Part shown: positions 1 to 7,875 of the stretch, piece by piece | Position numbering within the stretch: position 1 is the first letter of the stretch | Layout of the letters: every line of letters starts with the position of its first letter | Assembly: GCA_905206455.1 (NCBI GenBank) | Contig: CAJLHL010000001.1 | Coordinates: forward strand, 4,191 to 68,190 | From: an uncultured Eubacteriales bacterium | Lineage (GTDB): Bacteria > Bacillota > Clostridia > Peptostreptococcales > Anaerovoracaceae | DNA: 64,000 nucleotides | Direction: 5' to 3' | The notes under the pieces: model-generated | What the model saw: the letters and a program-made list of their open reading frames with translations, nothing else | What the model was told of the DNA's origin: nothing | Databases searched by the model: none | Program-made: the position numbers and the translations under genes

Positions 1-2
1 TG

Positions 3-509
3 ATGGATTACCGCGATCTGGAAAAGTCGGGACTCAGATTTGACCGTGCGGTAAGCGTGGGTATGATGGAGCATGTCGGCAGAGGAAATTACGAGCTGTT
101 TCTCAGAAATGTGGACGCTGTGCTGAAACCTGGCGGTCTGTTTCTGCTTCACTATATCAGTGCGCTTAAAGAACATCCGGGAGACGCATGGGTGAAGAAA
201 TATATCTTTCCGGGCGGTATGATTCCGAGCCTGAGAGAGATCATAAATATTATGCCGGATTTCAATTTTTACACTCTCGATGTAGAGAGTCTGCGCCGTC
301 ATTACAGCCGGACGCTGCTGTGCTGGCGCGAAAATTATCTGCAGCACAGAGAGCAGATCGAAAAAGAAAAAGGAATCGAGTTTGCGCGCATGTGGGAACT
401 TTACCTGGCTGCCTGCGCGGCGACGTTCCACAACGGAATTATAGATCTGCATCAGATTCTGATGTCTAAGGGCATCAATAACGATCTTCCGATGATTCGT
501 ACTGTATAA
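3..509 (+). CDS. cfa: cyclopropane-fatty-acyl-phospholipid synthase family SAM-methyltransferase, C-terminal part (5' end lies outside the window)
   Basis: The ORF is open at the window edge. The motifs SVGMMEHVG, LKPGGLFLLHYIS and WELYLAACAATF are typical of the CFA synthase family. A hairpin terminator follows. Confidence 0.8.
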   Translation: MDYRDLEKSGLRFDRAVSVGMMEHVGRGNYELFLRNVDAVLKPGGLFLLHYISALKEHPGDAWVKKYIFPGGMIPSLREIINIMPDFNFYTLDVESLRRHYSRTLLCWRENYLQHREQIEKEKGIEFARMWELYLAACAATFHNGIIDLHQILMSKGINNDLPMIRTV

Positions 510-521
510 CAGAGAGCAGAA

Positions 522-556
522 GAACCCCGTCCTTTTGAGGCGGGGTTCGATTTTTT
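522..556 (+). terminator. rho-independent terminator after cfa
   Basis: Hairpin gaaccccg/cggggttc followed by a T6 run. Confidence 0.75.
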
Positions 557-649
557 GCGCCGTCTGTCTTTGGAATCTATATCGGCAGATTTCATGTTTT
601 TCGCATGCTGCGGCAAAAATCCCCGTATGATAGAGACGGGAGGTGTTTT

Positions 650-1450
650 ATGAAATCTGTTGTGCCGAAAAAGGCGGCGGCGCTGCTGCTGGTGTGCGCC
701 GCCGGCCTGGCCTTTTTTATATTTGAAACGGTACAGACGGTGCGCGCAAATGCGGAGGCGCAGTTAATGGAAGAATGGGGTCTTGAGACGGCGCTGACTT
801 CATCGGATGCGGAGGCAGAGCCGCGAAAAGTAATCTGCCTGACATTTGACGACGGTCCTTCCTATCTGACGCCGAAGGTTTTGGAAATTCTGAAGCAGTA
901 CGGCGTCAGAGCGACTTTTTTTGTCACCGGTATCGATCCGCAATATGCATACTGTATTAAAGAGGCGCGGGATGCAGGGCATACAGTGGGAATGCATACG
1001 TATTCTCATGATTATGCGGAGGTCTATGCTTCCGCAGAGGCGTATTACGCGGATCTGGAGAAAATTTCGATGCTCTGTGTGGAGCAGATCGGCTACATTC
1101 CGCGGTACATACGCTTTCCCGGCGGAAGCTCCAATTCCACGTCTGTAAAATACAGTCCCGGCCTGATGACATTTCTGACGCAGGATGTGACGGAGCGGGG
1201 ATACCTGTATTATGATTGGAACTGCAGCAGCGGTGACGGAGAGGGAAGTCTAAAACCGCAGGTTCTGGTGGAAAATTCGAAAAAAAATGAGGGAAAGAAT
1301 CCGGTGGTCCTGCTGTGCCATGACGGAGGCGGGAAAGAAACTACGGTGGAGGCTCTGCCTCAGATCATAGAATATTATCTGTCGGAGGGATATCAGTTTC
1401 AGACCGTGGATGAGATTTCAGCTGAAGTACATCACCGCGTTCTAAATTAA
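650..1450 (+). CDS. polysaccharide deacetylase (NodB homology domain) with an N-terminal membrane anchor
   Basis: Carries the TFDDGP and HTYSHD motifs and a hydrophobic N-terminus (AAALLLVCAAGLAFFIF). A GGAGG lies 6 nt upstream of the ATG at 650, whereas the ORF-track start at 605 has no RBS. Confidence 0.85.
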   Translation: MKSVVPKKAAALLLVCAAGLAFFIFETVQTVRANAEAQLMEEWGLETALTSSDAEAEPRKVICLTFDDGPSYLTPKVLEILKQYGVRATFFVTGIDPQYAYCIKEARDAGHTVGMHTYSHDYAEVYASAEAYYADLEKISMLCVEQIGYIPRYIRFPGGSSNSTSVKYSPGLMTFLTQDVTERGYLYYDWNCSSGDGEGSLKPQVLVENSKKNEGKNPVVLLCHDGGGKETTVEALPQIIEYYLSEGYQFQTVDEISAEVHHRVLN

Positions 1451-1564
1451 CGCGCCGCTTTGTGCGGATGGATATTTTTCAATACACAGATTTAAGAAAA
1501 TCTTAAGAGATATATTAACGGAATCTCAAACATTATCCTTTATAATAGAATTTGTCGAAAGGAT

Positions 1565-2227
1565 GTGAGTGTATTGGGAAATAGCAGTTATATTTATCTT
1601 TTGTTTACACGGTCGAACACGCTGATGTCCAGGGCGATCTTTTGGTTTACACATGACGAATATACGCATGTGTCTATCTCTGCCGACGATGCGCTGGAGG
1701 ATTTCTATTCCTTTGGGCGCCGGGTACCCTATATGATGTTGCCGGCCGGCTTCACAAAAGAATCGGTCTATGCAGGTTTGTATCGCAGCGACAGTGAAAT
1801 GCCGTGCAAACTGGTGCGCATAAAGACGGAACAGGGGGAGGTAGAGCGGATCAAGACGATTCTCGGATTTTTCTACCGCTATCGCTTTCAGTATAAGTAC
1901 AGTATATTGGGAACGGTTTTTTGCAAGCTGGGAATCCGGTACGAGAGGATGCAGCATCGTTTTTGTTCACAGTTTGTAAGCGAGCTGCTGCAAGAGTGCA
2001 GTATCATGCAGCGGGATCGGGAGCCTTCTCTGATCAAACCGTCGGATCTGGCGCAGGAGCCGTATGTACATACTCTGTTTGAGGGGGACATCGAAGGTCT
2101 GCGCCAGTGGATGGAGGCTATGTCCGCTCATCCGTATATCGTTTCGATCGAAGACTATCGAAACGGCCTGTCACCGGAGACAAAGAAAGCCGCAGCTGTG
2201 TCAGCGGCGGATATTTCGGCGGGTTAA
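1565..2227 (+). CDS. permuted papain-like (NlpC/P60 superfamily, YiiX/C92-like) putative hydrolase
   Basis: The His-before-Cys order (DEYTHVSIS ... RFCSQFVSELL) matches what I recall for the permuted papain fold. The start is GTG. The family assignment is from memory of the motif only. Confidence 0.5.
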   Translation: MSVLGNSSYIYLLFTRSNTLMSRAIFWFTHDEYTHVSISADDALEDFYSFGRRVPYMMLPAGFTKESVYAGLYRSDSEMPCKLVRIKTEQGEVERIKTILGFFYRYRFQYKYSILGTVFCKLGIRYERMQHRFCSQFVSELLQECSIMQRDREPSLIKPSDLAQEPYVHTLFEGDIEGLRQWMEAMSAHPYIVSIEDYRNGLSPETKKAAAVSAADISAG

Positions 2228-2292
2228 CTTAATTCATGGAAGGGCCGCAGATGAAAGCGGAGATATCAAAAAAGACAAAAGGGGAAAACGAT

Positions 2293-2322
2293 AAAAGAGC
2301 GGCGCACAGCGCCGCTCTTTTT
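2293..2322. terminator. bidirectional hairpin terminator between convergent genes
   Basis: The sequence aaaagagcggcgc-acag-gcgccgctcttttt has an A-run on one side and a T-run on the other. Confidence 0.75.
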
Positions 2323-2396
2323 GTCTGTTTTGTCTGCAGAGGCATTCTGTTTTCAGGAATGCTTTCGTTAAAGAATTCTTTAGAAAACATCTGAGG

Positions 2397-2702
2397 TTAT
2401 GCGAAGAGGTCATCTCCGCTTTTGAATTCGAACGCAGGGTGAAAATCAAATTTAACCGCACCCACAGCAATTCCGGGACCTACGGCGCGTTTGATTCTCG
2501 CGATACCCTCGTTACCGAATCCTGCGCACAGCTCGATGGCGGTGCATCCTTTTTCCACCAGTTCTTTTGCCGCGATTTCTGCCTCGGCGTAAGTAGAGCA
2601 GCCGATGACGTTCATATCGATGTCCGTACCCTCTATGACGGCTCTCTGAGTCTTGGGATCGCAGTTTGGAGCAACGTAAAGAAAAGCGCACTGAAATTTC
2701 AT
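2397..2702 (-). CDS. small conserved hypothetical protein (about 100 aa; possibly DUF6506-like)
   Basis: A GGAGGAAA RBS precedes the internal ATG (MKFQCAFLYVAPNCDP...). The sequence looks globular with alternating alpha/beta character. The family name is only a recollection. Confidence 0.5.
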   Translation of the reverse strand: MKFQCAFLYVAPNCDPKTQRAVIEGTDIDMNVIGCSTYAEAEIAAKELVEKGCTAIELCAGFGNEGIARIKRAVGPGIAVGAVKFDFHPAFEFKSGDDLFA

Positions 2703-2955
2703 GAATATTTCCTCCTTGGATTTTCTCGGGATCAAACGGAGTCAAGACATTATGCGTCTTCTGCGAATTGCAGCGCTGTCTTCAGCGAACGGGACTACCC
2801 GGAAGCCGCCGGCTCAAACTGTATCAGACTGCCTTAAGAGACAGGACTCCTGTTTTTTCATAATCATATTGTAAAGTATCAAAATTAAAATGGAAAGCAA
2901 AAAATGATGAAAGCGGTAATTTTGGCAGAATGGAGAGGAGAAGGGGCGGAGATGA

Positions 2956-2984
2956 TTGACAAGTGTTATCAATGCTTATATCAT
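2956..2984 (+). promoter_or_regulatory. sigma-A type promoter for the AhpD-like gene
   Basis: TTGACA, a 17-nt spacer, then TATCAT. Confidence 0.5.
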
Positions 2985-3088
2985 AATAAATAACAGATAA
3001 AATAAAAAATATCTTAATGAAGTATGTTTTCCGCGGGTCTTGCTCTTTTGGAGATTCTTGGAAGCGTACGGTTCCGGGGAGGTATCTT

Positions 3089-3442
3089 ATGCAGGACGTA
3101 AGACAGATTTTAGCGGATTTTCAGAACGGTGTCGCAGGAGTCGCGGAGAGTAGCGGGGCCGTCGTCGATGCGTTTATGGGGCTGCAGAATGCGGCTTTTG
3201 CCGACGGCGCTCTTTCCGTCAAGATGAAGGAGCTCATCAGCGTCGCGATCGGCGTCTACAACAGATGTCAGTACTGTATCGTGGTACATGTATACAACGC
3301 TTATCAGGCTGGCGCTACGAGAGAGGAAATCCTGGAGGCGGCTATGGTATCTATGGGCGGTTTCGGCGCAGGTCCGAGCATGGCGTATTCAGCTACAGTG
3401 CTCCTGGATGCTGTCAATGAATTTGAAAAGGATTTCAAATAG
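3089..3442 (+). CDS. carboxymuconolactone decarboxylase / AhpD-like family protein
   Basis: Carries the CxxC motif (NRCQYCIVVHV) typical of the AhpD/CMD fold. A GGGGAGG RBS lies 7 nt upstream of the ATG at 3089. Confidence 0.8.
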   Translation: MQDVRQILADFQNGVAGVAESSGAVVDAFMGLQNAAFADGALSVKMKELISVAIGVYNRCQYCIVVHVYNAYQAGATREEILEAAMVSMGGFGAGPSMAYSATVLLDAVNEFEKDFK

Positions 3443-3476
3443 CTGCGAAGTCCGGATGAAAATCAGGAATGTTTAG

Positions 3477-3502
3477 GCCGGAGTGTTTCTCCGGCCTTTT
3501 TT
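3477..3502 (+). terminator. rho-independent terminator
   Basis: The hairpin ggccggag-tgtt-tctccggcc is followed by T6. It lies inside the 5' end of the ORF-track version of the next gene, which argues for the later start at 3531. Confidence 0.8.
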
Positions 3503-3530
3503 ACAGGAAAAGAAAAAGGAGGGCGACAAC

Positions 3531-4391
3531 GTGACGGAAAGAAGAGCCGCTACTTATGAAGAACAGATCGCACTGATCCGCCGGAAGGGCTTTATCCTCT
3601 ACGAAGATGAAGAGGAGGACTGCATCGCATTTTTAAAGAAGGTGAATTATTATCGCTTTTCCTCCTATTTCTTTCCCTATCTGAAGGAAGACCGGTCTTT
3701 TGAACCGGGGATTTCTTTTTTCCGCCTTCAGCGTACATATGAATTTGACAGCAGGATCCGGTCTCTGATCTTTGAGGTGATCGAGGATGTGGAAGTCTAT
3801 CTTCGGACACAGCTATCCTATTATATCTCTCAGAAATACGGACCGTACGGTCATCTGGGAGACGGAATGTATACAAAAAAGCATAATGAACGGAGTTTTC
3901 AGAGCAGAGTCAGATCCTGTGTGGAAAAGAACCGGGATTCTCCTGTCATTCGGCAGAGTCTGGCAAAAAACGACGGAAGAGTGCCGCTGTGGACAATTGT
4001 GGAGTTTTTCTCTATGGGGATGCTGGTTTACTTTTATCTCGATATGAAGCCTCAGGATCAGAAAGCGATCGCAGGGGAGATTTACGGAACCGGTGTGAAA
4101 CAGCTGGAGAGCTGGCTTCACTGTGTAACGGAGCTGCGCAATCGCTGTGCCCATTATCTGCGGTTGTATTACTGGTCTTTTCCGTCGGTGCCCAAGATGC
4201 CGGAAGGGTGTGAATTTCAGCCGGACCGGGGATTGTTTTCTCAGCTTCTGGTTCTGAAATTTCTCTACCCCGACGAGCGGGAGTGGAATTTTAAAATGAT
4301 GGCGGTTTTGGAGCCGCTGATGGCAGAGTATGAAAATGACATCGAACTGAGTCATATCGGTTTCCCAAAAGATTGGAAAGCGCTGCTTTAA
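3531..4391 (+). CDS. Abi-like (Abi_2 / AbiD-AbiF family) abortive-infection protein
   Basis: Carries VNYYRFSSYF and the C-terminal RNRCAHYLRLYY motif characteristic of Abi_2. The GTG start is preceded by AAGGAGGG. Confidence 0.8.
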   Translation: MTERRAATYEEQIALIRRKGFILYEDEEEDCIAFLKKVNYYRFSSYFFPYLKEDRSFEPGISFFRLQRTYEFDSRIRSLIFEVIEDVEVYLRTQLSYYISQKYGPYGHLGDGMYTKKHNERSFQSRVRSCVEKNRDSPVIRQSLAKNDGRVPLWTIVEFFSMGMLVYFYLDMKPQDQKAIAGEIYGTGVKQLESWLHCVTELRNRCAHYLRLYYWSFPSVPKMPEGCEFQPDRGLFSQLLVLKFLYPDEREWNFKMMAVLEPLMAEYENDIELSHIGFPKDWKALL

Positions 4392-4891
4392 ATCGGGCTG
4401 CTGATGAGACTGCCGATCTCTTCCGGCGACAGTTCCCGATGATTCAGCTTTACCGCGATCAGGCGATCTTTTCGGTAGACCAGTTTCAGGGAGAAGAACG
4501 GGATGCCGGTCTGCATCAGATGCAGAAAAATCCGGTCGCCGGGCCAGATCGGAAGCTCAAATATCCGGGACTTCGGAACCCATTCCAATTCTCCTTCGTC
4601 GCAGTCGATGAGACTACCGGTATAATCGGAAGAAGTGTAAAGATACATGTATTCTGTCGGATATTCGTCGGATACGAAGGTGACGATGCCGTGCCATCGC
4701 CAGGAGATCAGATCCAGTCCGGTCTCTTCTTTTACCTCCCGCAGCAGACATTCTTCCGGACTTTCCTTGTCCTCAAACTTTCCGCCTACGCCGATCCATT
4801 TATCTTTATTGAAATCATGTCCTTTTTTTGTTCTGTGAAGAAGCAGATAACTGTCCTCTTTTTCGATATAACAGAGTGTGGTATTTTTCAT
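4388..4891 (-). CDS. NUDIX hydrolase (MutT / 8-oxo-dGTP diphosphatase-like)
   Basis: The Nudix box is GGKFEDKESPEECLLREVKEETGL. A GGAGAA RBS precedes the internal ATG (MKNTTLCYIE). Confidence 0.85.
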   Translation of the reverse strand: MKNTTLCYIEKEDSYLLLHRTKKGHDFNKDKWIGVGGKFEDKESPEECLLREVKEETGLDLISWRWHGIVTFVSDEYPTEYMYLYTSSDYTGSLIDCDEGELEWVPKSRIFELPIWPGDRIFLHLMQTGIPFFSLKLVYRKDRLIAVKLNHRELSPEEIGSLISSPI

Positions 4892-5097
4892 CGGTAGTTC
4901 TCCTGTCATACAGCGCCGAATGTTCCCTGCTTTCCAAACGGGAGCGTTTCAAAATCTCAGCGTAAACCGGAGGCTTTCGCTGGATTCCGGAAACAGCGTT
5001 CCGGCGCTTTTTCTTCCGGACCGGATCTCTGTATATTTTGCGCGGCATTTTTGCCGCCTCTCTTTTCTCTTCGCGGAGGAGTGCGCAAAAATGAGAC

Positions 5098-5961
5098 TCA
5101 ATCATACATAATTTTTTTTTCGGAAGCGTTATGCTGTTTCAGAATGCGTCCTTTTTTCAGAAGTTCCCGGATCCGTTCCCGGTCGCCGGCCTCCAGAGCC
5201 TCTTTGTGCTGACTGATATGCTTCAGGAGCGCGTCGATCTCCTGAAGAAGATTTTCCTTATTCAGAAGGAACAGATCGCACCAGGTATTTTCGTCCAGAC
5301 GGGCTACCCTGGTCATATCCAAAAAGCTGCCCGCGCTGAAACCTCTTTCTTTTGAGAGGGTCGGGCTTTTGATATATGAATTTGAAACCACGTGGGCCAG
5401 CTGAGAGGTATAGGCGATACTTTCATCGTGACGCTCCGGTGTGGCTTCGATGACTGTCTTGAAGCCGATATCATAGGCCAGTTTTCTCAGAATATCCACG
5501 TGAGCGCGGTCGGAACGGCCAGTGGGAGTGATCAGATAACTGGCGTTGACAAACATATCGGCCAGCGAGAAAGAGAAACCGGAAAATTCTGTTCCGGCCA
5601 TGGGATGAGAGCCGATAAAAGAAACGCCGGCCTCTGCAAGGGGCGCTTCCAGACTTTCTACGATATATTTTTTTACACCGCATACATCGGTGACGATGGC
5701 GCCCTGGGCGAAATTGTTTTTGTTCTCCAGAATAAAGTCCACGATTTTATGAGGCGGCAGAGCTACGATAGTGAGATCTGCGCGCTTCATCAGGTGAGGG
5801 CGGTCCACGGGAATGATTTCGTCCACACTTTCCATAGCGATGGCCATTTCCAGCGTCGCTTCGTCGGAATCCATACCGATCATGTGGTGTGCGGTGTATT
5901 TTTTTATCGCTTTGCAGAAGGAACCGCCGATCAGTCCCATACCCACTACTAAAATTTTCAT
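5098..5961 (-). CDS. tyrA: prephenate dehydrogenase
   Basis: Has the N-terminal Rossmann motif MKILVVGMGLIGGSF and a body conserved with TyrA (GSHPMAGTE). Confidence 0.85.
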   Translation of the reverse strand: MKILVVGMGLIGGSFCKAIKKYTAHHMIGMDSDEATLEMAIAMESVDEIIPVDRPHLMKRADLTIVALPPHKIVDFILENKNNFAQGAIVTDVCGVKKYIVESLEAPLAEAGVSFIGSHPMAGTEFSGFSFSLADMFVNASYLITPTGRSDRAHVDILRKLAYDIGFKTVIEATPERHDESIAYTSQLAHVVSNSYIKSPTLSKERGFSAGSFLDMTRVARLDENTWCDLFLLNKENLLQEIDALLKHISQHKEALEAGDRERIRELLKKGRILKQHNASEKKIMYD

Positions 5962-6254
5962 AGAATAACCTCGATTCTGATTTTTGCCGCCGGAAATTTA
6001 CGTATCCGGAAGACTGCCGGCGGCTGATGTATGGTATCATTATAGCACAGGAAAGCTGTTTGAAAAGAAAAAAATGCTTTAAAGCGTTAAGGTGTGAAAG
6101 GACTGAGCGCAGCGGTCTGTCCGGAAAGATTTTTTATGGAAAAGAGGATTCGAAAAATGTTTTCTGCGCTCTGATGAGATACATCGCGAAGGAACAGACG
6201 AAATGCAGAGTAAATTGGTTCTATAAATAAAATAAAATTTTCTATAAATTTCAC

Positions 6255-6282
6255 TTGCAAAATTCATGGATTGGGTTATAAT
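6255..6282 (+). promoter_or_regulatory. sigma-A type promoter for tRNA-Ser
   Basis: TTGCAA, a 16-nt spacer, then TATAAT, ending about 35 nt upstream of the tRNA. Confidence 0.6.
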
Positions 6283-6316
6283 AGTAAAGGTCGTACGGAT
6301 TTGTACAAAATAGCAT

Positions 6317-6402
6317 AGAGGGTTGACCGAGTGGCTAAGGAGCCCGCCTGGAACGCGGGTAAGGCGAAAGCCCCGCGGGTTCGAGTCCCGTGCCCTCTGC
6401 CA
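6317..6402 (+). tRNA. tRNA-Ser (anticodon GGA), class II with a long variable arm and encoded CCA
   Basis: Hand-folded. The acceptor is agagggt/gccctct. The anticodon stem is cccgc/gcggg with loop cTGGAAc. The variable arm is ggc-gaaa-gcc. The T arm is gcggg-TTCGAGT-cccgt, followed by G-CCA. Several non-canonical pairs are described in the findings. Confidence 0.8.
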
Positions 6403-6413
6403 TAACTGTGAAA

Positions 6414-6457
6414 GCGTTGTAAACACTTCAAAATGCGGTGTTTGCAGCGCTTTTTTT
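6414..6457 (+). terminator. rho-independent terminator after tRNA-Ser
   Basis: A 13-bp stem gcgttgtaaacac/gtgtttgcagcgc (two G-U pairs) followed by T7. Confidence 0.75.
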
Positions 6458-6764
6458 ATTCTATTCTGCGCGGATGAAGAATCCCGAAATCGCCCGTAGC
6501 CATCTGAAGGTCCGAATACATGGTGTGCGCTCTTTTTTCAAAATATAAGCCGGTATTTTCTCGTGCGGCCTGTGTGAAGAAAGCGTGACACTCATTATTT
6601 GAGCAGAAGAAGTTTCCCGCGGTACAGCGGATGCATATAATATAGTACGTCTGCATCCCTTCAACTTTTATAAACGGAAACTTTTTCTGAAGGCAGCAGC
6701 ATTTCGCTGAGATGCGGGGGCGCTGCACCCAGGGGACGGAGCGGAAACGGAAAGGAGAAAACAG

Positions 6765-6968
6765 ATGAATAAAAAATGGTGGAAGGCCGCCGGCTCAAGA
6801 GCCCTGAGGACAACTGCGCAGACGGCGATCGCGATGATCGGTACGGCGGCGTTTATAAAGGATGTTCACTGGCTGGCCGTGGCTTCCGCATCCGTGCTTT
6901 CCGGTATATTGTCGCTGCTCAACAGTGTGGCGGGCCTGCCGGAATTAAAAGACGATGAAGCAGATTGA
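6765..6968 (+). CDS. phage r1t-type holin family protein (67 aa)
   Basis: The pattern [22 protein letters not shown]...[28 protein letters not shown] matches the r1t/LL-H holin pattern as I recall it. It has two hydrophobic segments and an acidic tail. AAAGGAGAAAA lies 4 nt upstream of the ATG. Confidence 0.65.
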   Translation: MNKKWWKAAGSRALRTTAQTAIAMIGTAAFIKDVHWLAVASASVLSGILSLLNSVAGLPELKDDEAD

Positions 6969-7093
6969 CGGTGTTGCCGGAAAAGCGAAGTCTCTCGGCG
7001 GCAGCATAATTTTCAGGCAGCTGCCAGGGCTTTGCCGATTTCTCATCTTCTGAGAAGAAGGCGGCGCAGCCGGGGCAGATGTCTGTTATCTTT

Positions 7094-7579
7094 TTATTTC
7101 GGCGCGTTTTGTTTCATGATGTTGCTGGATGCGGTGACAGCGGGCTTTCCTTTCGCGTTATACAGCTCGGCGGTAGCGTGAATCATTCTTTTACTGTTGG
7201 TGACTGCCCGGGCGCGGATGGTTACCGTTTCATCGCTCAGAAGGACCGGACGGAGATAATTTGAAGTGGAATCGATGGTGCCCACTGGCTGGCAGCCGTT
7301 TGTGACAAAGCTCATAGTGCCGAAAATGCAGTCGATCATATAAGTGAGAATCCCGCCCTGCACATTGTCAAAGCCATTGACCTGCCACGGACGGATCGGG
7401 ATTTTTACTGTCAGCTCTCCTTCGTCGGTATATTCTACAAATTCCGTTTCTAAGACTTCGATATCTCCCCGAGGCATAGCGCCTTCTTCAGCTCTGGCCG
7501 CAAGCAGAGCCTTCAGCTGAGCTCTTCTTCCCTCTGCTGTCGTAAGATCCAGCGTCGGATCACTCTGAATAAAAGCCAT
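7094..7579 (-). CDS. PaaI/4HBT-type hotdog-fold thioesterase
   Basis: Carries NVQGGILTYMIDCIFG, typical of PaaI-family thioesterases. An AAAGGAG RBS precedes the internal ATG (MAFIQSD). Confidence 0.7.
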   Translation of the reverse strand: MAFIQSDPTLDLTTAEGRRAQLKALLAARAEEGAMPRGDIEVLETEFVEYTDEGELTVKIPIRPWQVNGFDNVQGGILTYMIDCIFGTMSFVTNGCQPVGTIDSTSNYLRPVLLSDETVTIRARAVTNSKRMIHATAELYNAKGKPAVTASSNIMKQNAPK

Positions 7580-7875
7580 ATAATTACTCCTTTCACAATC
7601 TTGAATTTTCCATAATACATAGAACAAAAGATGTTTTTATACAGAGGAAGAGAAAGTATTTTTTCCCGCATTCCTATGTACATTTATAGCTGTTATCAGC
7701 ATACCATATATCATGTATGTCATGTTTTTTTTGTGGTCGATTTAAAAAATTTTTCCGGAAATCTTTTCGGTGAAATGCTTTCCGCTTTTTTCGCTTGTAT
7801 CCGGAGGGCGTGCATGTTATACTTCTTCTAAAACAATTATTGTAAAGGAATTACAAAAGGAGGATTTTCGTTAAT

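Noticed and set aside
188-469. A 93-aa ORF overlapping cfa in another frame. Many similar 60-100-aa overlapping ORFs occur throughout the track.
   Set aside because: They are embedded within genes that carry clear family motifs in another frame, and they have no independent start signals.
4815-5105. A 96-aa, highly basic minus-strand ORF spanning the tyrA-NUDIX spacer.
   Set aside because: It overlaps the start of the NUDIX gene and the end of tyrA, is Lys/Arg-rich and low-complexity, and has no RBS. It is probably a spacer containing small hairpins.
6456-6728. A 90-aa minus-strand ORF encoding a Cys/His-rich peptide between tRNA-Ser and the holin.
   Set aside because: Neither the GTG at 6728 nor the internal ATG at 6656 has a credible Shine-Dalgarno sequence. 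The ORF's 3' end runs into the tRNA terminator, and I recognise no family. It is mentioned in the holin finding but not called as a gene.
6403-7093. An integrated prophage or genomic island at tRNA-Ser.
   Set aside because: Apart from the single holin, I see no integrase, no direct repeat of the tRNA 3' end and no other phage genes in the window.
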